A stretch of DNA of 64,000 bases from an uncultured Verrucomicrobiae bacterium (GTDB lineage: Bacteria > Verrucomicrobiota > Verrucomicrobiia > Limisphaerales > JAFGQR01), in the NCBI GenBank assembly GCA_963788655.1, contig CAWBHS010000079.1, positions 9,411-73,410 on the forward strand, in the 5' to 3' direction. The translations under genes and the position numbers were made by a program. Under the pieces are notes generated by a model that was not told the DNA's origin, did no database searches, and saw only the letters and a list, made by a program, of their open reading frames with translations. Positions 1-13,438 of the stretch are shown here, one piece after another; within the stretch, counting starts at the first letter, position 1, and every line of letters begins with the position of its first letter.

Positions 1-251
1 GGTTGATCGAGATTGGGATTGTGGCAAAGCGCGGTGAAATAGCGGCGAGATAAACCACGCCAAAAGGCAAGGGTCGGCGGCAACGGCTCATGCAAAAAAG
101 CGGACGCCAGCAATTCGAGCCCGCGCGCGCCCGACGCCGCGAAAGCCTCGGTGAGCTGCGTTCCGGCGGTCGAGCTGAGTTTCGGCTCGGCCTGCTCGTC
201 CGGTTCGACAAACAAATGTCCGCCGGGAGATAATGCCACCGCATACGACAT
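1..251 (-). CDS. 5' end of a probable SNF2-family helicase (runs off window edge)
   Basis: Not in ORF track. Manual translation from ATG at 251 gives MSYAVALSPGGHLFVEPDE...GLELLASAFLHEPLPPTLAFWRGLSRRYFTALCHNP, open to position 1. The LPP-LxFWR...YxTALC pattern resembles N-termini of bacterial SNF2-related helicases. Confidence 0.6.
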   Translation of the reverse strand, partial: MSYAVALSPGGHLFVEPDEQAEPKLSSTAGTQLTEAFAASGARGLELLASAFLHEPLPPTLAFWRGLSRRYFTALCHNPNLDQ

Positions 252-381
252 GGCGGAAGAACCTACACGGCAGTCCCGCTCATTGCCGAGCAGGAAACAC
301 GCGTGCGCCCGAAATCCAGCCGCATCGATTCATCAAGAAACCAGCGATGAATCCAACGCAGCAGTCCCGCAACCACTCCCA

Positions 382-553
382 GGTAGGGCGAGACTCCGTC
401 GAACCCTGACTTCCCCGAAGCGCAACCGCAAACCATAGCGCGAACCAGGGCAAATCCATGATATTCGAAAGCCTGAAGCCTTTCCGTCGTATCGACATCT
501 GAAGGGCGACAGCGATGCGAGGAATTCTGGGCTCGACAGAGTCTCGCCCGACC
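382..553. repeat. REP/REPIN-like inverted pair (GGTAGGGCGAGACTCCGTCGAACCC family)
   Basis: 382-406 matches the reverse complement of 529-553 at 22/25 nt. 378-403 recurs exactly (26 nt) at 41670-41695. Confidence 0.8.
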
Positions 554-723
554 CGACTGGCAAGGTGGGCTGAGAATTTGCCCAGGCCGCGCAGGTTCGT
601 TACCCCTTCATTTCAACGCTTCAACAGTTTGTTTGCGGCATCAGCGCGTTGATTCCATTCGTGGACGAATCGAATCGTCACAACCGGCTCGACGACTTGC
701 TTCACAACTGGTTTGTGAAAGTC

Positions 724-776
724 TGGGATTTGGACCTTGGGGATTCTCTGGTTCTTGGATATTGGCCACTGGTCAT
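724..776. repeat. Degenerate heptamer tract (TGGNNNT)
   Basis: tgggatt tggacct tggggat (tctc) tggttct tggatat tggccac tggtcat. Confidence 0.6.
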
Positions 777-827
777 TTTCTCAACGTGCCGTTCCAAACT
801 GCCGGCAGGATGCGACAGCACGTTGCA

Positions 828-1793
828 CTAGCTTAGGAAATAGTTACGCTGTTTTTCGGTCATCGGCATGCCCAGCCGTTCCATCACTTGGAGCATGTCT
901 TCCCACACTTTGCGCCGTTCGCTCCGAGCTTGGTTGCGCAGCAGATAGGCCGGGTGATAGGTCGGCATCAGGGGAATTTCGCGGTAGGTTTGCCAGTGGC
1001 CACGCAATCGGGTAATGCCCACGGTTTTGCCCAACAAACCTTCCACGGCAGTGGCACCCAACGCGACCATGACCCGTGGCTGAATCAGATCAATTTGCGC
1101 CTGCAAATACGGCAAGCAGGTCTTCATTTCGTCCGCCGTGGGCTTCCGGTTGCCGGAGCGCTGGCCCGGAGTATCGGGGCGGCATTTTAAAATGTTGGCA
1201 ATGTAAACCGACTGGCGGCTGAGGCCCATGGTTTGAATGATCTTCGTCAGCAATTGCCCGGCGGCTCCCACAAACGGTTCGCCCTGCACATCTTCGTCCG
1301 CTCCGGGGGCTTCGCCCACAAACATAAGTTCCGCGTCGATACTGCCCACCCCAAAAACCACGTGCTTGCGGACCGCCGCCAAGTGGGGACATTTGACGCA
1401 CACCAAGGCTCGCTCCCGCAATTCGGCAATCGCCTGGGCTTTGGCTTCCCCGCGCAACGCAGAAGCTGGTGGAGCGGTTGCCGACGGTGTTGGTGGCGCA
1501 TTTTCCGGGGCAATTGGCAACGCGGCAGTCGCGGGCGCGGCGGGCAGCAGGACGGGCGATGAGGACTGGGGTATCGATTCGTGGGGCAACGACGCTTCCA
1601 TGCTCTCAGCCGCGGGTAATGCCTCCGCTACGGAGGTTCCCAACACCGGGGTTCGCATTGGTGGCGGCTGCCGCAGTGCGGTTAAGGTTGCGCGATCCAC
1701 GGCCACAAACCGGGTGCCCTTCGTTTTCAACTCTTCCAGGTGCCGAATGGTAACATCGACCAAGTTGGCAAAATCAGCAGACATCCCGGCCAT
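828..1793 (-). CDS. udg: Uracil-DNA glycosylase family 4 ([4Fe-4S] type) with Pro/Ala-rich N-terminal linker
   Basis: CxxC (CVKC), [28 protein letters not shown] motifs; likely ATG at 1793 or 1784. Confidence 0.92.
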   Translation of the reverse strand: MAGMSADFANLVDVTIRHLEELKTKGTRFVAVDRATLTALRQPPPMRTPVLGTSVAEALPAAESMEASLPHESIPQSSSPVLLPAAPATAALPIAPENAPPTPSATAPPASALRGEAKAQAIAELRERALVCVKCPHLAAVRKHVVFGVGSIDAELMFVGEAPGADEDVQGEPFVGAAGQLLTKIIQTMGLSRQSVYIANILKCRPDTPGQRSGNRKPTADEMKTCLPYLQAQIDLIQPRVMVALGATAVEGLLGKTVGITRLRGHWQTYREIPLMPTYHPAYLLRNQARSERRKVWEDMLQVMERLGMPMTEKQRNYFLS

Positions 1794-1882
1794 GTTGGCG
1801 CCTCGCGGCCAGCATGCAGTAAAAAAGTTTACCAAAACGCCGGATGCCAGCGCAGATAACATCCGCAGTTACGTCGGAAAAG

Positions 1883-1996
1883 GTAGTACCGGCGTCTCGC
1901 CAGGCCGAAATTTTCAGGGCGTGTGCTGCTTGCGGAACGCTGACCAGTATGGGACGCGCTATTCGACTTTCGGGATAGTCGAGACGGATGTCCTAC
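1883..1996. repeat. GTAG-footed REP-like palindromes in the udg/ureF-like intergenic region
   Basis: 1883-1904 gtagtaccggcgtctcgccagg resembles the reverse complement of 41721-41744. Reverse complement of 1967-1996 (gtaggacatccgtctcgactatcccgaaag) resembles 44614-44643. Confidence 0.6.
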
Positions 1997-2139
1997 TCGA
2001 ATGGCCGGACTCATGCTGAGCTTATGCCGGCCGGCGCCGGCGCATTTTTGACTTTGTGCTTCGCGGGTCTTTTCTTAATCATGCTCGCCGCTTGGCGATG
2101 GCCTTGCGTTGACTGTTTTGTCGTGCATACTAACCGGAC

Positions 2140-2799
2140 ATGTTGAGTCAGACCAAAACCGCTCTGCCGCAAGTGGTGGAGATGTTGGGCGAGCTGCACC
2201 CGTTGATGGCGCAGCTTGGCTCAGCCGATGGTTTGGTTACGTTGAGCTCCGTGTCCACGGCGTTGCGCTTGCCGCAAGTGGACAGCCTGCCGGCCCTGAA
2301 CAACTTCCTCGAGGCCTACGTCGCGCAGATTCTTCTGCCCATTGAATTGCCGGGAATCTGCCGGGCGTTTCATCATGCCAGTCGCAATGAGGTTCGCGAA
2401 CTCGTGGCCTTGGACCAGCACATCGCGCGGCTCCCCATTCTCCAGGAGTTGGCCTCCGCCAGCGAACGGGTGGGACGCTGCCAATTGGAACGATTGCGGC
2501 CCTTGCGTGATGAACGCGTGGTGCAGCGTTATCTGAAGGCGGTACATGAGCATCGGGCCCATGGCTGGCATACCCTGGTTTATGGTCTGACCCTCGCGTT
2601 GTATTCCTTGCCGGTGCGCCAAGGCCTGATGACGTATGCCCGGCAAACGCTCCACGGCTTTGTTCAGACCGCGGCACATCCCTTGCATCTGACCAAGGCA
2701 CAGTGCCGCCATTTACTGGAAGATCTTTGCCGGAACCTGCCCCGCCAATTGGAGACCATTGTTGCCGAAGAAGCGATCTCTCCGGGCAATAAGGATTGA
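2140..2799 (+). CDS. Urease accessory UreF-like protein (orphan)
   Basis: All-helical 219 aa; pattern ELVALDQ...ASERVGRCQL...HTLVYG...YARQTLHGFVQTA...Q resembles UreF. Confidence 0.65.
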   Translation: MLSQTKTALPQVVEMLGELHPLMAQLGSADGLVTLSSVSTALRLPQVDSLPALNNFLEAYVAQILLPIELPGICRAFHHASRNEVRELVALDQHIARLPILQELASASERVGRCQLERLRPLRDERVVQRYLKAVHEHRAHGWHTLVYGLTLALYSLPVRQGLMTYARQTLHGFVQTAAHPLHLTKAQCRHLLEDLCRNLPRQLETIVAEEAISPGNKD

Positions 2800-2899
2800 C
2801 GTGGAGGTTGCAGTCCGCGCTTTCTTGGTCGTTTTTTCACGCAGAGGAAGATCACCGCGCTCCGCGGCAGCAAGTAATTCAGCGTAAGAGAACTCGGGA

Positions 2900-3283
2900 T
2901 CAACGCGCCGGCTGATTCGATTCTGGTTCCGGGAAAAACAAATCATCTTCGGCAATATCCGGGATACCGATCACCAGAATCCGCATGCGGCCTCTGGCGC
3001 CGTGGACCACGCCCGGCGGAATATGCACCAGGGAACCCGGGCGCACCGGATGGTCCACGCCGTCCAGGACCACGCCTCCTTCGCCTTTCAGCACGTAATA
3101 CAACTCGGTGGATCGCCGATGAAAATGTTCGCGGGCGCCATCGATGTCCACCGCGTGCGCCCAGGCGGCAACATTATTGTCTTCGCGGCTGATCAACCGG
3201 TCGCGCCATCCGCACGTGCTACGTTCACGGGGAGCATCGCCTTCGTGGCGAATGAGCAGGGAAAGTGGTTGGGCAGTTTCCAT
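2900..3283 (-). CDS. Cupin domain protein
   Basis: HFHRRSTELYYVLKGEG and VHIPPGVVHG cupin motifs. Confidence 0.88.
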   Translation of the reverse strand: METAQPLSLLIRHEGDAPRERSTCGWRDRLISREDNNVAAWAHAVDIDGAREHFHRRSTELYYVLKGEGGVVLDGVDHPVRPGSLVHIPPGVVHGARGRMRILVIGIPDIAEDDLFFPEPESNQPAR

Positions 3284-3429
3284 AAACAAGAGTTCAAAGA
3301 ATCAGGGAGGTGAGTTCAAGGTTTTTTGACCACTTGCTGGTAGACTTCATGGGTGACGGCCTTCGGGATTTCCCAACCAGTTGCGGCGGTGGACCACGCC
3401 CGTGCCTAAAAACCAGCGACCAAAGATAA

Positions 3430-4130
3430 TCTACTGCCTCGACGATCCCCAATGGCAGGCGTGGGGGGTGCGCCCGTTTACCACCGACCAGATCAAGAAT
3501 CGCATGGTCAGCGGCGACGCCGTGCCTTGCGGCAAACCGGACTGGTAGGCGCTACCGCGGCTCAAGTTCGATCCCGAGGCAGCCCGCCTGGAGCCCACGC
3601 CTTTGAATTTTTCCCCGTGGTGTGATTTTCGAAGCGATATGAATCGTTCATTGGCGCGGACCCTGGGTGAGTTGCGCCAGGCCGCACACGAATTGGATCC
3701 GCACACGCCCGCTGGCATCGAAGGCACGCAGATGCCGCACGCCTTTGGCGGATACAATTTGTGGCGGTTGTCGCAAGTGCTCGATTGGGTTGAGCCGTAT
3801 GACATTGGCAACGCGCAGGAAATCTTCGGTTCCTTCATGCCCGGCAAGCCCATCCTCTGCACCGTGTTTGAAAAGGAAACCATGCCCGCCCGCCGGCGGC
3901 TTTGGCATTTGTTGCTCGAAGGTGACCGCGGTTGCATTGTGTGGTGGCGCGAGGACTGTATTGACTGGCAGAGCGCCGTTTTTGCACTCAGGCCGAAGGG
4001 CCGGGCACTCGCCCCGGTGCTCCGTCGAAATGACCTCGCCCCTGGCCCGGTTGTTCCTGCGGGCGAAAAAGAAAACCGATCCCATCGCCATTCACTACTC
4101 CCAACCGAGCATTCAAGTGGATTGGCTGTT
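3430..4130 (+). pseudogene. Relic of a GH42/beta-galactosidase-like protein (internal fragment)
   Basis: Reading frame has in-frame TAG at 3546-3548, continues FSPWCDFR...GIEGTQMP...DWVEPYD, shifts frame near 4025 to ...DPIAIHYSQPSIQVDWLL, then breaks off; no start codon. Confidence 0.55.
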
Positions 4131-4134
4131 GGCG

Positions 4135-4266
4135 GTAGCGGCCAACGATGATAAACAAGGACATTACCAAAGGCACTAAGGCCGTGCTCGCGGCACGCAA
4201 AATCCAAATCACCAGGATGACTCCCGTCAACGTGCCCCAGAATCGCAGCACGCGATGCTTGCTCAT
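4135..4266 (-). pseudogene. N-terminal stub of a probable AI-2E-family transporter
   Basis: MSKHRVLRFWGTLTGVILVIWILRAASTALVPLVMSLFII resembles AI-2E N-termini; runs into the opposite-strand relic. Confidence 0.45.
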
Positions 4267-4299
4267 GCGGTTGTTGCCATCCGCTCGCATCCTTGCCGG

Positions 4300-4794
4300 T
4301 TACGGTTTCCGCTGTTTCTTCGCCGTTCCATTTCTGTTGGCGTGATGTTCCCACCGGCCGAGCAGCCGGAGCATCACCAACGCCAGGACGGTAACCCCCG
4401 CCGCCAACCACCATTCGGCCAGAGCCACACAGATACCGACCGAAGCGGTGAACAGCAGCGAAGCCGCGGTGGTCAAGCCCTGCACCGTTTCCCGTCCGCC
4501 GCGCCGGAAGATGGTCCCGGCGCCAATAAAACTGACGCCGACGATGACCGCCTCAATGATCCGCAACGGGTCCGCCCGAATGAGGCTGTTGGCATAGTCC
4601 TCATGGAACCGCGTCACCAGCAATTCGCCCAGCATGACCAGCAGCGCGGCCGCGCCGGCCACAAACATGTGGGTGCGAAATCCGGCGGGTTTGCCCGAAG
4701 TTTCTCGCTCAAATCCAATCACCGCACCCAGGCTCAAAGCGATGGCCACAAAGCCCAGAATTTTGAGTTGGGGAAGCAATGATGTTGGATTCAT
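4300..4794 (-). CDS. MgtC/SapB family membrane protein
   Basis: GAVIGFERE...KPAGFRTH...DPLRI...GVSFIGAGTI...GLTTAASL motifs. Confidence 0.92.
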   Translation of the reverse strand: MNPTSLLPQLKILGFVAIALSLGAVIGFERETSGKPAGFRTHMFVAGAAALLVMLGELLVTRFHEDYANSLIRADPLRIIEAVIVGVSFIGAGTIFRRGGRETVQGLTTAASLLFTASVGICVALAEWWLAAGVTVLALVMLRLLGRWEHHANRNGTAKKQRKP

Positions 4795-5068
4795 GTGCGA
4801 TTCCGGTGCTCGCGCGTTGCTCATTACCGCCAAGACGATGGCCCCCTGGCTTCAACGCCTCGGGCACGCCGCTCACCGTTTGTTACCGCAACTTAGGCAC
4901 GGGGAAGTGATTCCGCAATAGGCGGAGCCTCCGCGTCGCATGGGGGGCAAATTGCCCATTAGCTTACAGGCAATTGCTTAGTTGCGCCGCGGAACATTCC
5001 CGATGGACAGATTTCCGTCGTCCGTGACATTTGAAGCGGACCGCCTTGGGGCGGCGTTCAACAATGAT

Positions 5069-5446
5069 ATGGAAATTAACTATCGCCACTTTCCGTGTGA
5101 ACGGCTGATCAAGACGACGGTCCATGGCACGCTGGACCTCGAGGGCAGCAAACAAATGCTCCGCACCCTGGCCACTGATCCGGCATTCCCGCAACCTTAC
5201 CATGTGCTGGTGGACCTGCACAATGCGCCGTGCCAACTCTCCGTCACCGACGTCTTCCATCTCGTCCGTGAACTGCAGGAATACGGCTTCACCCACGCGA
5301 ACAAAATCGCCGTGGTGGTCGCTCCCAAATGTTCCCTGGAGGTCGAAAAATTTATGGAACTCTGCGCCGGCAATCGCGGCCTTCAGATTCAACACTTCAC
5401 CGAAATGGAACCGGCCAAGTCTTGGCTCGGTGGTGAACGCCTGTAA
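5069..5446 (+). CDS. Hypothetical STAS/SEC14-like small alpha/beta protein
   Basis: ...HVLVDL...KIAVVV...IQHFTEMEPAKSWL pattern typical of this fold family. Confidence 0.55.
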   Translation: MEINYRHFPCERLIKTTVHGTLDLEGSKQMLRTLATDPAFPQPYHVLVDLHNAPCQLSVTDVFHLVRELQEYGFTHANKIAVVVAPKCSLEVEKFMELCAGNRGLQIQHFTEMEPAKSWLGGERL

Positions 5447-5529
5447 AGCAGATCGCCGGTGGCAGGATTCATCGATGGGAGTTTCCTGATGCAGGCCAGG
5501 ATTCGTTCTCGCTGGGGAATAGGACTCAT

Positions 5530-6549
5530 TTAACTCTTAAAGTACAGCAATCCAAACGCCAGCAAGTAAAGCAGCAGGATGAGAAAACTTTCAAAGCCAA
5601 TATTGGCAATGCCATGTTTTTCCCGCCGGATCAATCCCATCAGCAGGATGCCGGTCAGCAAAATGGTCAAGGCCATGATATAAACCTGCGGCCGCGAAAT
5701 GGCGTGGTAAATGGAGCCCTGGGGGTACGCAAAGTCGGAGAAGGAAACAAACAATACATCAAAGCAATTGCCCCCAATGATGCCGCCCACGGCCAGAGTC
5801 AAGGCCCCCCGGCGCACCGCCGCAATCGAAGTCACCAATTCTGGCAGGGACGTGCATACGGCGGTAAACAATCCGCCGACGAACGCTTCCGACAGGCCCG
5901 TTTTGTTTGACAGCGCGATGCCGGCCTGGGCGACGACGTAGCCGGCAACCGCGACGATGGCGCCGAACACGGCGAACTTGAACCACATCAGCCATATCAA
6001 CGAGCCAATCTTCGGTTCCAGTTTAGGCTTGTCCAGTAAGGTTTCCGCGGTTAAATGCGGTTTCCACATGGGATTCTTTTGCACGCGGGAGACCATGCGC
6101 ACGCCTAAAATGTAAGTGATGATCAACACCACAGACACCGGATGCACGCCGGCGACGGTTACCTCGGGACCGGCCATGGCCAATAAGGGAATGGCCAGCA
6201 AGACCACCAACAATGCGCCTTGCAGCATGTTGGGGAGCGAAGAGGCGGCGTGTTCGAGATTGGCTTTGCGATGGGTCATGTCGGCAATCGCCAAAAAGAC
6301 CGTTTGGGCCGCAATGCCGCCCAGTGCGTTGCTGATCGCCAAATCCGGATAGCCCTGGGCCGCCGTCGTAACCGAAGTTGTGATGCCCGGCAATGACGTG
6401 GTGCCGCCGAGGAAAACGCCGCCCATCAAGGCTTCCCCCCATCCGGTCGCATCGGCCAGGCGGTCGGCCTCGCGGGTCAGCCGCGTTCCGACCCAGCCAA
6501 TGACCACCGTAGCGCCGGCGAGCACGACGATCACTGATGGCAGCGACAT
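5530..6549 (-). CDS. Sodium:calcium (CaCA/YrbG-type) antiporter
   Basis: Two alpha-repeats (GTTSLPG...SNALGG; CTSLPEL...GIIGGNCFD); about 10 hydrophobic segments. Confidence 0.9.
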   Translation of the reverse strand: MSLPSVIVVLAGATVVIGWVGTRLTREADRLADATGWGEALMGGVFLGGTTSLPGITTSVTTAAQGYPDLAISNALGGIAAQTVFLAIADMTHRKANLEHAASSLPNMLQGALLVVLLAIPLLAMAGPEVTVAGVHPVSVVLIITYILGVRMVSRVQKNPMWKPHLTAETLLDKPKLEPKIGSLIWLMWFKFAVFGAIVAVAGYVVAQAGIALSNKTGLSEAFVGGLFTAVCTSLPELVTSIAAVRRGALTLAVGGIIGGNCFDVLFVSFSDFAYPQGSIYHAISRPQVYIMALTILLTGILLMGLIRREKHGIANIGFESFLILLLYLLAFGLLYFKS

Positions 6550-6621
6550 GGAAGCGACGTCAAACACAACGAAATATGGCCACACTTTCCCAGGTTGCAA
6601 ATGCGGCGCGATCCACTGCCC

Positions 6622-7770
6622 TCAATGCGCGTGGCCGGGTTGGTGTTGATGCTGCTGATGTTTGGGGTGGCTTTGCGGTTTTTGTTTGAAATGCAAATAC
6701 CCGAAGTAGCCCAACACCGCCAGGGCCGCACAGTTTAACCACGTCGTGTAGTTCCATTTAAAGGCGGCTGCGGAAATGGCCGCTGCGGGCCGGGCGCCTT
6801 CCGGCAACAGGCCGCCAACGCTAAATAACAGTTCGACCACCATCGCCGCCGTGACCATGGCAGCGAACAGAATGCCCGTGATGCTCAAGGCCATCGGCCA
6901 ACCATAGTACTTTCGGTAAGCCAGGACCAAGGGCAGGACAATCAGATCTCCGTAAATGAACGCGATGACGCCGCCGAAACTGATGCCACTGGCCCAGAGC
7001 AGACTGGCAAAGGGGATGTTGCCGACGGAACAAACGAAGGACGCCATGGCAATCAACGGGCCGACAACGGCGTTCTCGAGCATTTTCAAGGGACCGGAAT
7101 CGCCGCTGATGAACAGGGCTTCCCACCACGCTTTGGGAACCAGCGTGGCCAGGAAGCCGGCGATGAGGACGCCAATGACAATCTCCTTCCACAACATCGA
7201 GACATCCATCATGAACGACTGGGGCACGCCCGACCAATGGGCGGGCTGCTTGATCTTTTCGAGTAAAGATCCTTCCGACGAATCCGGGCCGTGATGATGG
7301 TGATGCTGGCCTTCCCCTTGTTCGCGGGCATGCTTGCGCCCGGCTTCGACGAGCTTCTTCGGCACCAGCCAGCGGACCAGCAACGCCATCACCAGGATCA
7401 TGACGATGGCGCCCGCAATCTCCGCCACGACAAACCGCCAGCCCATCAACATCCAGATGACAATCCCGATTTCGATGACGAGGTTCGTTGAAGCCAGGAG
7501 GAACGTCAGGGCCGGCACCAGGGCCGCGCCTTTTTTGAAAACGGTTTTGCTGGTCGCCGCCGCCGCGTACGAGCAAGAGGAACTGGCGGCGCCGAACAGG
7601 GTCGCCAGGGCGACTTCGCGCAGGCCGTTTTTCCCGAAGGCGCGCGCCATTTGTTGTTTGCTGACAAATGTCTGCATGAAGCTCGAGATGCCGAATCCCA
7701 GCACCAGGGCCCACAGCATTTGCCAGAGCATGGCGGCTGACCGATAGAGACTTTCAAATAACCAATCCAT
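6622..7770 (-). CDS. Permease (DUF318/ArsP-like) with His-rich loop and tail
   Basis: SSSCSY and FVCSVGNIP motifs, QHHHHHG loop, C-terminal HPKHQQHQHQPGHAH. Confidence 0.85.
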   Translation of the reverse strand: MDWLFESLYRSAAMLWQMLWALVLGFGISSFMQTFVSKQQMARAFGKNGLREVALATLFGAASSSCSYAAAATSKTVFKKGAALVPALTFLLASTNLVIEIGIVIWMLMGWRFVVAEIAGAIVMILVMALLVRWLVPKKLVEAGRKHAREQGEGQHHHHHGPDSSEGSLLEKIKQPAHWSGVPQSFMMDVSMLWKEIVIGVLIAGFLATLVPKAWWEALFISGDSGPLKMLENAVVGPLIAMASFVCSVGNIPFASLLWASGISFGGVIAFIYGDLIVLPLVLAYRKYYGWPMALSITGILFAAMVTAAMVVELLFSVGGLLPEGARPAAAISAAAFKWNYTTWLNCAALAVLGYFGYLHFKQKPQSHPKHQQHQHQPGHAH

Positions 7771-7798
7771 TGTGGTTCCTGTGATTTGAAGTTGAGGG

Positions 7799-8527
7799 TT
7801 AGAGATACCGTTTCAAAGCCATGGCGTTGTGGACGGCGTATCCATCGAAGTCGTTGTTGAAATAGGCATAGACATCCAGGCCATCGTCCTGGAATTGGCG
7901 CAGGCGCCGCGCCGTCGCTGTGAGAAACTGCGGGGAATAATTTTGACGCACATCGCCGCCGGGACCATGAAACCGCAGATACAACCAGTTCGTTGTGATT
8001 TCCTGAGGATGATGCTGGATCTTGTCATGCATGCACAGGGCGGCTCGGTGCTGTCGCAACACCGCAAACACTTCGTCGGTCAGCCAACTGGCGTCCCGGA
8101 ATTCGATGGCCCACCGGTAACGCCCTGGTGCGCACGCAAGGAATTCCCGCAGGCGTTGGAGATCCACGTTCCAGTTTGGCGGCAACTGCACCAGGATGGG
8201 GCCGAGATACGATTTCAAGGCCTCCGCTCGTTCCAGGAATAGCGCAATCGAGTCCGCCGGATCTTTCAAGCGTTTGAGGTGCGAACCGTAGCGGCTGAAT
8301 TTGAGCGCATAGCAAAATCCGGACGGCGCTTCATGATGCCAGTTTCTAACTGTCTCGGTCTGGGGCAAGCGGTAGAACGTGTTGTTGATTTCCACCGAAT
8401 CCAACTGGTGCGCGTAATAATCGAACCACTCGCGTTTGCGCAGCTTGGCCGGATAGAAAGCGCCGCGCCAGTGATCATATTGATACCCGGAAGTCCCGAT
8501 GCGAATGGTTGCCTTGCGCTGGCTCAT
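7799..8527 (-). CDS. DUF72 (YecE-like TIM barrel) protein
   Basis: IGTSG-Y-HW-G-FYP, VEINNTFY, LVQLPP, AIEFR, YLRFHG, YFNND motifs. Confidence 0.92.
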   Translation of the reverse strand: MSQRKATIRIGTSGYQYDHWRGAFYPAKLRKREWFDYYAHQLDSVEINNTFYRLPQTETVRNWHHEAPSGFCYALKFSRYGSHLKRLKDPADSIALFLERAEALKSYLGPILVQLPPNWNVDLQRLREFLACAPGRYRWAIEFRDASWLTDEVFAVLRQHRAALCMHDKIQHHPQEITTNWLYLRFHGPGGDVRQNYSPQFLTATARRLRQFQDDGLDVYAYFNNDFDGYAVHNAMALKRYL

Positions 8528-8552
8528 GTTAAGGCGACGGGCAGATTTGGCT

Positions 8553-12292
<3,740 letters not shown>

Positions 12293-12572
12293 CCCGCGGT
12301 TACAGCACCTGCAAATTGTTGATTACTTTATTGGCACCTCCTTCGTAAGCATTGGCGGCGTCTTGACCCATCATTGAATCACTTGTTTGGGCATTATTAA
12401 CTTCATAACTTCAAATTCTGGTGATTAGTTAAAGCCTGCTCCTGCAAAGCTCGACGCTGCCGTTCAGAAATTCTGAGGCGGGCTTTACTGGTTCGCAGCC
12501 TCCTTGTAATCTCTAACGCTCCGCGCCATCTCCACCATCGGAGAAATGCCGATTCCGAGGTGCTCATTCTCT

Positions 12573-12722
12573 TAGAGCCTGTTTTAAAACTCCAGCCGGT
12601 TCGTAGCAGCCGACGTGAGAGAGCGCCGGCATCCTGCCGGCGGAAATGAGCAGGAATTTTCGATGAAATGCGGCCGGCAGGGATGCCGGCTCCCAGGGAA
12701 AAGCATTTGGGGCCAGGCGCTA
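12573..12722. mobile_element. Possible non-autonomous MITE-like element with nested REP-like hairpins
   Basis: Ends tagagcctgttttaaaa and tttggggccaggcgcta form an imperfect inverted repeat with TA termini. Interior has gtagcagccgacgtgag and an inverted pair (gccggcatcctgccggc / gccggcagggatgccggc). Confidence 0.4.
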
Positions 12723-12940
12723 AATAAGGCGCTCCGGTTGTCGCAACGTCTCCATTTAGAGTCAGCCGCGTTCTCACGAACGCAGTTACCCTCATGTTTT
12801 TCCTCTGACCATCTCGGGGTAATTCCCGATTTCTGCGATCTGCCTACGCAGGTAGTTTAATACCCGAGATTAAATATAGATTAAACATGAACCAGCGCGG
12901 CGAACCTTCGGGAGACCGCCACAATTATAGGAATTTGATT

Positions 12941-13438
12941 ATGACAAAATTAGCCCAATTGGAAGACCTGTATATCGGCGAATTGCGCGATCTGTATCAC
13001 GCCGAAACGCAACTGGTTCGCACCTTGCCGATTATGGCGGAGGTCGCGGCAACGCCGGCTCTGCGCCAGGCGTTTAAGGATGATATGGTCCGGGCCGAAC
13101 AACACCTCGAGCGGCTGCAAATGATTTTGAATGCCCGCCAACAGGATCCGTCCGGCCATCGCTGCAAAGGCATGGAAGGCTTGCTGGAAGAAGGCCGGGA
13201 ACGGTTGGAAGACGACACCGAACCCTCGGTGCTGGACGCGGGATTAATTGTGATGGCGCAGAAAGCCCAGCATTACGAAATGGCTGGTTACGGGAGCGCC
13301 TGCGAATTCGCGGAGCTCTTGCATCATCCGGACGAAGCAAAACTGCTCCATCAAACGCTCGAGGAAGAAAAGACGGCTGACGGTGAATTCAGCCAGATTG
13401 CCAAGCGCGCCATTAACTTGGAAGCGGCGATGGCATAA
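12941..13438 (+). CDS. YciE/YciF (DUF892) ferritin-like stress protein
   Basis: ELRDLYHAE-QL, CKGMEGLLEE, AQKAQHYEMAGYG, TLEEEKTAD. Confidence 0.93.
   Translation: MTKLAQLEDLYIGELRDLYHAETQLVRTLPIMAEVAATPALRQAFKDDMVRAEQHLERLQMILNARQQDPSGHRCKGMEGLLEEGRERLEDDTEPSVLDAGLIVMAQKAQHYEMAGYGSACEFAELLHHPDEAKLLHQTLEEEKTADGEFSQIAKRAINLEAAMA

Noticed and set aside
12331..12347. Sigma-54 promoter (ttggcacctccttcgta)
   Set aside because: The -12 element is GT rather than GC, and it points away from polX and lies far from the next + strand gene.
12403..12567. Small basic ORF upstream of polX
   Set aside because: No recognisable motif or clear RBS, and it lies beside a repeat element.
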